Positions 1 to 9,559 of a stretch of DNA of 64,000 nt are shown in pieces (the stretch's first letter is position 1; each line of letters begins with the position of its first letter). The notes below the pieces were generated by a model. The model was not told where the DNA came from. It was given only the letters and a program-made list of their open reading frames with translations, and did no database searches. The translations under genes and the position numbers were made by a program. The stretch comes from Octopus bimaculoides. Taxonomy: Eukaryota. The stretch spans positions 31,753,881 to 31,817,880 of the forward strand of contig NC_068984.1 of assembly GCF_001194135.2 (NCBI RefSeq), written 5' to 3'.

Positions 1-2160
1 TATATATATATATATATATATATATCATGTGTGTGTACATGAGTGTAAATATATTCACCAATCTGCACTAATCAACCCTGCAATCTATCCATCTCCTCTC
101 ATAACCTAATTTACTAAAAACACCAAATTAATCTAATTTGTAGGAAATAGCATTTTTCTATCACCACATCCCTAAAACCTTTTCAATTACAAACCTTTTC
201 TGAATCCCAACCTCTAAACTCCACCCAGATTTAATCTATGTTAGTAAGAAACTTTATATTTTAATGAATTTCACTTTCAAAACACAAAATGTACAAATTA
301 TTCCATTACACACTTATCTTGAAACTTAACCCAACAAAATTCAAGAGAAAATTCAGAACTGATAGGAGCCAACTCAATACTGTAATGCACTAACACCATC
401 GTATTTTACTGTTTTTACCAACTTAACAAGACTCTCACTATCAACAACATCAGCAACAGTAACAACAACAAAATTACCACAGATTTTACATTTTAACTGA
501 TGAAGAAATTGAAGAAGAATCATAAGTAACTGTGAGTAAAAAAAATTTACAAAGCTGTAAGCAATACAAACAACCAAAGAGAAGGAAAAGAAGAATATAG
601 TGTGCAGTTTTTCATCTTACTAAGACTAAGAGATACTTAACCTGTTAGAAAGAGCAACCAAATTCCATTCATATAACACTCGTCCATATTAAGAAAAATG
701 ATTGACATGCATTTGATAACATAGCCTTTATATATTAAGCTTTAAGATGTAATGAAGGGGTCATGGCTGGAACACCTTTCATCGTAGGTTTTACATGATC
801 AGTGATAATCTGGAAGTCAACAAAGTACACCTTGAGCAAAAGGATTGCTGCTTAACAACAAAAATACTAATAATCAAAAGATTATCATAGGCTGTGATGT
901 GAGAAAGATTTGGCTATCATTCTTAGCAAGATGTACATCAGCACAAAGCTTTTAATATGGTTATTAGAAGAATAATGAAAGCATTTTTCCCCAAAAATTA
1001 TAACAGCTGCAGACAGACAGCTTTTATATATTTCAAAACAGAAAGAAGGAAGTAATTTAGTTATTTTGAATTAACATTATTAATGATTTACATGGTTTAC
1101 TCATCAATGGATGCTATTAATGACTTGCAGTTTCCTGAGATTATCAGCTTCACAGATTTACTATTTTTCATTTGTAAATAGATAATAGAATTAAGAAGAG
1201 CAATAAATACCAATTAATTATGCAACTGTACATAAATAAAATATTGAGAGTTGTGATTTGAACCAAGAATTTTGTATATCGATACAGACAACTAAGTCAA
1301 TTTCAATTTCTGATACAAATTCAAGTAATGGAATTTTCAAACTTGCATAAAACAAATACAAAATTAAAAATATCACTTAATTAATGCCCCATCTTCATCA
1401 AATGAATAAAATAAAATCTGTAAAACGGTTATAATTGCTACTGTTTAATAAATCTCAGTGTTAAATTTTACCGATGCTGAATTTCTCTTGAGAAAAGCAG
1501 CCTGTGTTTGATTTGGCAGGAAAGATGAAGAACAAAAAGGAAAAAAGGACAACTTAAAACAGAATATAAAATTCTGTTAACAAAAAAAAAAATAATAAAT
1601 AATCCAAAAAGTAAAGTTAAAGCAACAAAAACATAAACATAACTGATATAAAAAGATTAAAATGTAATTAGCATTTCAGTAAACTAGACAAGAATTTTAA
1701 TTGCTCTGATTATGCAAACAATAAAAGTTTGAATTTGCTTTTAATATTTTTTCTTCTTGTTTTCCTTTCCTTTTACAAATAGAAACTTGTTCATAATAAA
1801 GAATGTTTCATTATGGAAAAAGAGATATAATGTAAAGTATGATATTGATTTCTTATAAATATATTGATTTCTTATAAATATATTGATTCCTTCTAATTCA
1901 AATTTATAGGAGAATGGAAAGGTAACTGTTTGATGTTCATGAATTTTACATTGGTATTATAAAGCTGTAAGTAAAATAGATGTTCCTTACACCCAAGAGG
2001 ACCCTTAATAGCTAATCTTTAACTTGTGATTCATGATGTGTAGCAAAGTGTAGTTAAATATATACATGAATAGAAAGCTAGTATTTTTTCTTCTGTTAAT
2101 ATCCTTACTTTTCACATCTACTCTTGTTACACATTGTACATCTAGCTAGTGATTCTCTCT

Positions 2161-2397
2161 TCTTATTTCTTTATTGCCCACAAGGGGCTAAACATAGAGG
2201 AGACAAACAAGGACAGACAAAGGGGTTAAGTCGATTACATCAACCCCAGTGCATAACTAGTACTTATTTAATCGACCCCAAAAGAATGAAAGGCTAAGTC
2301 GACCTCGGCAGAATTTGAACTCGGAACGTAGCGACAGACAAAATACTGCTAAGCATTTCGCCCGGCATGCTAACGTTTCTGCCAGCTCACCACCTTA
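2161..2397 (-). mobile_element. tRNA-derived SINE, family A, near full length
   Basis: Minus strand: GGTGAGCTGGCAGAAACGTTAGC head, B-box-like GAGTTCAAATTC, central CTTTCATTCTTTTGGGGTCGATTAAATAAGTAC domain, tail ending CCCCTTGTGGGCAATAAAGAAATAAGA. Related copies at ~6128, 17490, 50770 and 61995. Confidence 0.85.
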
Positions 2398-2651
2398 TCT
2401 CTTCACCACTTTAGCAAGTATATTGAGGCTTGCTGAAGGGATTTTATAATACTGAAACATATTCAGGCATTGTTTCCTATACTTTCCAAAAGGATTAAGT
2501 TAACACTAATCATTGAATTCAAGTTGTTTGCTCATCACATAAATATTTATTTTTATATTTTATGATATTCAATATATCGAAAATGTTAACACTATCTTAA
2601 CTATGATAGGTGCAATCTTACATAATCCAGCAATCATTTGTTTAAGCCATT

Positions 2652-2795
2652 ACATCATCTTCATTTAACATCCGTTTTCCATGCTGGCATGGGTTGGACA
2701 GGTTGACAGAATCTGACTAGCTGAAAGCTACCCAGGCTCCATGTCTGTTTTGACATAGATTTTTTTTATGGCTTAATGCTCTTCCTAACACTAAG
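2652..2795 (-). mobile_element. RTE LINE 3' UTR fragment
   Basis: CATCATC..TTTAACATCCGTTTTCCATGCTGGCATGGGTTGGAC is the reverse complement of the 3' end of the RTE copy at 47105-49115. Confidence 0.75.
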
Positions 2796-2889
2796 TAGTT
2801 GAAGTAATTTTGATGTGTTTTGTCTAGAAACATAATATAGCATATACTGAAGATGGGAGCATATAAATTATTAATTAGTAATCCAATAT

Positions 2890-3390
2890 CTAATTCATTT
2901 AATCCTTCCATGTTGACATAAGTGGTGTATGTGTGAAGTGATTTGACAACAACAGCAAATTTAAATCTGATTGTAAGCTCCTTTGGCCAGAACCTTAACA
3001 CTAAAATTCTCATTTGTAGTCAGAAAGATGTAAAATCTTGCTGAGGTTAATTTTACTACGCAACACTTGAGAATTGATTGAAATAAGTACAAGTTGTATC
3101 AATAGCGTCTTTTCATCTGCTATAAAGTATCTGAATCTTAAAAGTCCTCACCAAGGTGCAAACTAGGCAACATTTTTGATGACGAAATGGAAGTTTCTAG
3201 TTCACATGCACCAGGAAGTATCCTCTCTCTCCATGTCACCAATATTATCTTAGAGAAATGCAAGCATTAGTACCAGTGTTGTAACAGACTTTGCCATGAT
3301 AATGCAAAGTGCTACAGCAGATACCACAAGACATCTTGCATAACACTAAAAAATTTCACCAATCAGCCACTCTAGATTGGCAAAATATTT
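2890..3390 (-). mobile_element. Highly decayed RTE-like LINE, C-terminal region
   Basis: Broken minus-strand translation (..LETFHFVIK.., ..VLAKGAYNQ..RFKFAVVVKS..) loosely follows the RTE C-terminal pattern; many stops and frameshifts. Confidence 0.3.
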
Positions 3391-4599
3391 ATCTGTCCTG
3401 AAAGAATGAAAGGTAGATCTGAGCTTAGCAGGAATTAAGTTCTAAGTGCCAAAATTCAGAACAAGCACTGCAAGAATCTAGTCAACACTCTATCACTGCT
3501 ATCAATTTGCCATGTTACCAGGGTAACTAGGGTTAATTTATTTAAGATAATCAGAGGTGGTATAGCACCTCTGATATTTGGACAAACAGCAGAGGCTGAT
3601 GTGTTTGAAGTTTATCTTGGATACCTGCTGGTCAGTCTCACTAGAAAAATGTAGTGAAGATATTTTAGAGGTTTTCCATTCTAGAGTGAAAGGAATAGAG
3701 TAGGGATTTCCAAAGTATCTGAGAAACGGTCATCCTATGTGTATGCTTAAGGCATATGACACTCTTATTTTATTCCAGTTGAGAAAATATCAACTTCAAA
3801 AGAAAATCTGTTAAGCCTTCAGTGTGTTCCCTTACATTTTCCAAACACTTCAATTTACGGAGCTCAGACATTAATGATATTTGTACATTGTCTTATCAAA
3901 GTATAAAACCTTATAACATTCCTAACTATTGTCTACAATGCCCTAGAGTATCCAACTTGGAAATGTTTTGCTCTGGGTCTGTGGTTTGATACAGCGTAAG
4001 AGTGATCTGAGGAGAAGGAGAGATGATGAAATGAGTGAATCTGAGTATAGAGGGAAAGCAGTAAGCAAGTACTAGAAAATAAGAGCTGAGATTAGAGATG
4101 AGAAGGAAATCAAAGATAGTTGATGTACGCAGAGTATAAAGAGTAGACAGAAACAACATAAGGCATTTTGATTTGTGCTCTAATTGTTCCAGCTATCCAC
4201 CACCAAGTAATGTATGAAATTATACTATATCCTTTATTTTTGAAAGGGGCATCAATGAGGGGGACAGTTTACAATTTTTGGTTAGGTTTACAAAAGAGGG
4301 TAAAGAGGAATAGTCACTGGGACATTTTACAATTTCATGGAAAGAAAGGGAGGTGGGGAAATAGGGTAACAAAATATGTGAACACATAGATTGTACAATC
4401 CTCTTGATGCAAAAGAGCCTCCAGCTAGTGCCAGTCAAGGAACCTCACAGATCCAGAATCAGAGTAGATTTTCAAAAGATAGAGTAACTTTCAAAATCTC
4501 CCATCTTACTTGATTTCTGACTGGTCAGCAAAGATAAAAAACTATTTTGAAAATTATTTCTATACTTCGAAAAATATTCTTTCTTTTGAAATGTTGTTC

Positions 4600-5520
4600 A
4601 AGAGAGCTAATAATAAAAATGATTGGTCAGTCTTCCATGGTTCTGTAGCAATAGTTGGGGAGCAACATAGCCATGTGCTGAGAGGAATTCTTTGGAGTTT
4701 GACTAATTCAGGTTTGGAAATATGGGTGTTTTGTTTATCATCCTTAAACAACCCTTATTCAGGGATCTTTTGTGCAGGATGGACTACTCAGCCAGAGGAA
4801 AATTTGGATCTTTTTTAAAACGGGGGCCACATTTTTCATTAATGTTTTACGTAGTGTTTTTGGTACCGAAAGACTTTCAAACTTCGTATACTTATCTATT
4901 TTGTGTTATAGAACAGAAAAATATTTTTGTATTCGAATTTATTTCATGTAAAAAATTGTCTTATTTCGATAACTTCAACCAATCACTGACGTCCATTCAG
5001 CCGATATACATTAAGTGCCGACTACATAAACAAACGATTCTTCGTTCCTAACCCTAACCCTAGGGTTAGGTTTAGGGTTAGGGTTAATTGTTTCAGAATC
5101 GTTTGTTTATGTAGTCGGCACTTAATGTATATCGGCTGAATGGACGTCAGTGATTGGTTGAAATTACAGAAATACGACAACTTTAACATGGAATAATTTA
5201 TGGATTTCTTTTTTTTTTTAAGAAGACTAAGAGAAAAAGATGTTTTATATGACACATTCTACCAGTGTTCCAAGTTTCAAAGTGTTTCGTTAATGAAAAA
5301 TGTGGCCCCCGTTTTAAAAAAGATCCGAAAATTTTAACTGGTGCCCACCTACAAAGTCATGTCTTATTAATCTTGATATGAGATCATCATGTCACACACA
5401 TAAAGTTATGATGCATGTGCCTGGTGTACCCTACTAACAGGTAGTCATGATGGGTATATTGGGCTTCATATATTTGTACCTCAGTGTCACATTGATTGCA
5501 TGCACTGCAGAACCAGACAC
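4600..5520 (+). repeat. (TAA)n-tailed interspersed repeat, copy 1, split by a MITE
   Basis: 4650-4803 joined to 5329-5510 is collinear with the uninterrupted copy at ~5700-6045 (AAACAACCCTTATTCAGGGAT..CTTGATATGAGATCA..TGCCTGGT..CATGCACTGC). Confidence 0.8.
4804..5328. mobile_element. Foldback MITE (525 bp) with telomere-type repeats at its centre
   Basis: Terminal inverted repeats T(T/C)GGATCTTTTTTAAAACGGGGGCCACATTTTTCATTAA; AAAT duplicated at 4800-4803 and 5329-5332; perfect 68-bp inner arms (4974-5041 / 5095-5162) around CCTAACCCTAACCCTAGGGTTAGGTTTAGGGTTAGGGTT. Confidence 0.9.
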
Positions 5521-5539
5521 TGGCTCCCATGGCTTCTGA

Positions 5540-6071
5540 TCTTAACTGATTGGAAGTATTATCATGTACATTGTTTTGTCTTGGTGTAAAAGATGGGCTA
5601 CAGCAAATATTCTGCTCAGTACCACAGATTTGCTTGTCAGTTGTTTAACCTTAACTAGTTGAACATGTCCCTTGGTGGCTGATGATATATGCATCTCTGA
5701 TCCTGAGCAGAAGTAGTGAGGGAGCATCATAGTCATGTGATGAGAGGAATCCTTTGGGGTTTGGATAATTCACTTTTGGGTGTTTCATTCAACATTCTTA
5801 AACAACCCTTATTCAGGGATTTTTGAGTGGTATAGGCTACTCAACCTGAAGAAAATTCTAACTGGGCTCCACCTGCAAGATCATGCACTGTTTATATTGA
5901 TATGAGATCACCATGTCACACACATATGGTTGTGATGCATTTGCCTGGTATACCCTTATCAGATGGGTAGTTACGATGGGTATACTGAGCTTCGTATATT
6001 TTACCCCAGTCATACTTTGATGGCATGCACTGCTCTCTCACTCAATAATGATAATAATAATAATAATAATG

Positions 6072-6127
<56 letters not shown>
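5540..6127 (+). repeat. (TAA)n-tailed interspersed repeat, copy 2
   Basis: Ends GCACTGCTCTCTCACTC followed by ~80 bp of (AAT)n; partial copies at ~50990-51150 and ~52715-52825. Confidence 0.8.
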
Positions 6128-6129
<2 letters not shown>

Positions 6130-6270
6130 GAGTTTCAAATTTTGACGCAAGGCCAGCAAATTTAGAGGACGGATAAGCTGATAACATCAACCCCAGTGCT
6201 CAATTTGAATTTATTTTGTCAAACCCAAAATGATGAAAGGCAAAGATAACCTCAGCAGAATTTGAATGCA
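6128..6270 (-). mobile_element. SINE family A, partial and CpG-decayed
   Basis: Homologous to 2161-2397 (AACCCCAGTG..TGAAAGGCAAAG..AGAATTTGAA). Confidence 0.7.
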
Positions 6271-6747
6271 AATCATACTGAGTCTGCAGATATACCTGAG
6301 TGTATTTTTATCCAAAGCTCTAATGATTCTACTGCATAATCACAAGTATGTTTATAACAATGTTTCCATATTGGATAACTAAATTCTATTGTAATTTGGT
6401 TATAATTTTTACTGTTGTCATACTCAGTGCAACTCCCAAAACCTAAATTTGATATGTTTGTGATATATTTCCATTTCCGTATATTAAATATTAGTTTCAC
6501 TGAATTGTGCTGTATGTATAATTTTTCATGTTCGTGCTGTTTTACATTGTTATGTTTATTGTATTTTACTTTGCTTTGGTTGTTTTCTATTTAATTGTTT
6601 TATTTTGTTTTCTTCATTTCAAAACATTATTACATTGCTGTCTAATATTGCAACAGCATCAATCATTTCTACTAATATATACACCATATATGGTTGTACA
6701 CATACATACAAACATACATACATATACATAAAGAAAGATATACACGT

Positions 6748-6749
<2 letters not shown>

Positions 6750-6781
<32 letters not shown>

Positions 6782-7098
6782 NNNNNNNNNNNNNNNNNNN
6801 NNNNNNNNNNNNNNNNNNNNNNNNNNNNNNNNNNNNNNNNNNNNNNNNNNNNNNNNNNNNNNNNNNNNNNNNNNNNNNNNNNNNNNNNNNNNNNNNNNNN
6901 NNNNNNNNNNNNNNNNNNNNNNNNNNNNNNNNNNNNNNNNNNNNNNNNNNNNNNNNNNNNNNNNNNNNNNNNNNNNNNNNNNNNNNNNNNNNNNNNNNNN
7001 NNNNNNNNNNNNNNNNNNNNNNNNNNNNNNNNNNNNNNNNNNNNNNNNNNNNNNNNNNNNNNNNNNNNNNNNNNNNNNNNNNNNNNNNNNNNNNNNNN

Positions 7099-7125
<27 letters not shown>
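6750..7125. other. Assembly gap (N 6782-7098) flanked by (TA)n
   Basis: N run bounded by TA dinucleotide repeats. Other gaps near 7.9, 13.2, 17.1, 20.1-20.5, 34.3-34.5, 45.2-45.3, 52.3 and 63.3 kb. Confidence 0.95.
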
Positions 7126-7137
<12 letters not shown>

Positions 7138-7689
7138 TTATGTATGTATGTATATATATTTGCACACATATGTAACATAAATATAAATACATATGCCTGT
7201 ATATGTCTATCTATAAGCATCTAGATCTAGATCTATATGTGTGTGTGTGTGTGTGTGTATCTACACATTTATGTATAACAGTATATATATCTAACTTAAC
7301 TCTAATCTATGCATAAATGTGTATGCGTGTGTCTATGAATATGTGAATGATTATTGAACACATGACTATTTTTTAATAGTTAACTGTCAAGCTAGAAACT
7401 AGAATGTTATTGTTGAATTCGAACTTATTTCAATCTCTTTCTGTTTTATTCTATATGTATATATATTTACATAAGCACACACCTATACACACATGTAGTC
7501 ACATATATCTATATCTATATATATATATTTCTATGTATGTCTACATTCATGTACGCATGTATGTATCTTCCTCTCTGTATAGATAGATAGATATAAATAT
7601 ATCGATAGGTATGTATGTATATATACATATATATATATGTGTGTGTGTGTGTGTATGCATGTATGTATGTATGTATGTACACACACAGA

Positions 7690-7860
7690 TAAACACATAT
7701 GTATATCTTTAATCTTCTACTTGTTCCAGCCATTGATTTGCAGTCATGCTTAATATACTTACTCAAACAGAACAATCTTGGTACCTATTTTAAATCTGGT
7801 ACTTATCCCATTCTCTTTAACAGTTAAAATACAGGTTCGTAAACAAACTAACACCAGCTG
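7690..7860 (-). mobile_element. SINE family B-like 3' fragment
   Basis: TCTTCTACTTGTTCCAGCCATTGATTTGCAGTCATGCT..CGTAAACAAACTAACACCAG resembles the reverse complement of the tail of the copies at 49430 and 62410. Confidence 0.55.
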
Positions 7861-8354
7861 TGAAACTACATGTGTGAAACAGCATGTGTGAAACGCAAAG
7901 CCACATATGTGTTTATCTCTTTCTGTCCCTCTCGCTCTGTCTCTGNNNNNNNNNNATATATGCGTACATACATAGGCATTACTGAATGAAATAACTGTTC
8001 ATGACATGAGTATATATAAATAAATATATAACATTGGTACATGTTGTGTTATGACAAATTTGTTATGACTCTCATTAGTTAGAATTAAATGAAGTTGAAA
8101 CTTTCAGGAATTTTCTTAAATAAATATACTCATGATAGTATACTACTGTGATGTCAAATCTCAATAAATCTATATTGTAAGCCGGGTCTTCTTTTCAGTT
8201 TGTTCTGACAATAGCAGGCAGCACAAAGATTTCAACGACTTAAAGTACCTTGGGTCTTATTTTGCTGACAGCAAAAAAAAAAAAAAAGAAAAAGAAAAGA
8301 CACCCTCCAACCACCCTCCTTACATGTAAGTGACTTGTATGAAGAGTCTATGAT

Positions 8355-8517
8355 AATTTACATTATTTACATTATTTACATTATTTACATTTGACGGATA
8401 TTTGTCCTCATTTTGTTTGTTGTTAAAACAACATTTCGACTGATATACCCTCCAGCCTTCATCAGGTGTCTAGGGGAAATTTCGAACCTGGGTTCTCATT
8501 CCTAAGGTATTTCTCGA

Positions 8518-8562
<45 letters not shown>

Positions 8563-9053
8563 AGTCACTGCTTGGAATCGAACTCGGAATTTTGGGGTTA
8601 GTAGCCCATGCTTTTAACCACTATGCCATATGCCCGTGAGTGTAATGGTTAAGAGCACGGACTATTAACCCCAAGATTCCGAGTTTGATTTCAGGCAGTG
8701 ACCTGAAGAAGAAGAAGAAGAAGAAGAAGAAGAAGAAGAAGAAGAAGAAGAAGAAGAAGAAGAAGAAGAAGAAGAAGAAGAAGAAGAAGAAGAAGAAGAA
8801 GAAGAAGAAGAAGAAGAAGAAGAAGAAGAAGAAGAAGAAGAAGAAGAAGAAGAAGAAGAAGAAGAATGATAACATCAGAAAATACCTTAGGAATGAGAAC
8901 CCAAGTTCGAAATTTCCCCAAGATACCTGATGAAGGCTGGAGGCTACATCAGCTGAAATGTTGCATTTACAACAAAAAAGATGAGGACAAATATCCATCA
9001 AATGTAAATAATATAAATAATGTACATAGTTCCTCATCTCTTAAATAAAGAAC
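8355..9053. mobile_element. Palindromic element: two back-to-back tRNA-like SINE arms
   Basis: 8375-8630 is the reverse complement of 8640-9010. Each arm reads outward: A/B-box head (TGGTTAAGAGC..GAGTTCGATTCC), trinucleotide repeat, ..AGGAATGAGAACCC..CCTGATGAAGGCTGGAGG..GAAATGTTG.., then (TAAATAATG)-type repeats. AGTCTAT(G/A)AT flanks both ends. Confidence 0.85.
8705..8866 (+). repeat. Pure (GAA)n tract, about 54 units
   Basis: Read directly from the sequence. Confidence 0.98.
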
Positions 9054-9084
9054 AGTCTATAATGAGTTTGAAAATCTGTAGCAA

Positions 9085-9480
9085 TTAAGTATTTGAAAGT
9101 CAAGAAGGCTAAAATATTCTTCAGGGTTTGTATAGAAAGTATTCTTCTCAATGGGGCTAAATTTTGGATTCTGAAGAATAAGCATTGAAGTTGCCCTCAT
9201 TACTCATGAAGGCTTAAAGCATGTAAGTGTGAAGACAAGACAAAACATAGTATTTACAGATACATTCCCTCCATCTCTACTTTTATTGTTCAATGCAGCA
9301 TAGGCTTTGCTAGCCACTGCTATCAAGCTGAATATCAAGCCATATCAGATTTCATATTTTGGAGACTTTTGCATCCTCATAGAGGATAAGAACCACTCAG
9401 TTACATTAATGTTATTGGTAAAGAGACACAACACGAAGAGACAGCATTATGAGATGCATTTCGATAGTGGTCCCTTGAAG
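9085..9480 (+). mobile_element. Decayed RTE-group LINE, 3' end
   Basis: Translates as KAKIFFRVCIESILLNG.. and ..IGFASHCYQAEYQAISDFIFW..PLSYINVI.., matching the RTE-type 'LRFAGHC..LLW..GRP.LTYID' end. Confidence 0.55.
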
Positions 9481-9559
9481 ATATAATGCGCATTAATAAA
9501 TACAACCGCTGTTATATTCAAAATGATCAAGAAATAATTTTCCCATAAAAATACATACT

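Noticed and set aside
374-644. ORF 374-577, a signal-peptide-like 22-codon ORF and a 21-nt microexon (621-641) on the minus strand
   Set aside because: The readings are mutually incompatible, none is recognisable, and the only support is one plausible acceptor.
1843-1890. Short tandem repeats (19-bp unit here, 32-bp unit at ~50265-50340) as CRISPR-like arrays
   Set aside because: Only 2-3 contiguous units with no spacers; ordinary slippage duplications in eukaryotic DNA.
3500-4420. Possible CR1/L2-type LINE relic on the minus strand
   Set aside because: The similarity I could see was too fragmentary to support a call.
5047-5086. TTAGGG repeats as a telomere or chromosome-fusion scar
   Set aside because: Only a few units, sitting at the centre of a TIR- and TSD-bounded MITE.
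5963-6145. ORF starting MGSYDG, like the Penelope RT motif (FDVT)MGSYDG
   Set aside because: Homologous copies (5445, 51070, 52730) read GGTAGTCATGATG / AGTAGTCAT and do not keep the peptide; nothing else PLE-like follows.
6605-7224. Long ORFs of 157-191 aa (also at 19.8-20.6, 34.1-34.7 and 45.2-45.5 kb)
   Set aside because: They are open only because they cross N gaps and (TA)n/(CA)n repeats.
8555-8705. tRNA genes (tRNA-Ser-like)
   Set aside because: A/B boxes and an anticodon-like arm are present, but there is no acceptor-stem pairing and both run into SINE bodies.
8621-9037. Poly-F, poly-K and poly-L ORFs
   Set aside because: Translations of the (GAA)n microsatellite. The same applies to the VC/HT/YI-rich ORFs at 26.5, 40.6, 41.1-41.8, 43.8 and 63.1 kb.
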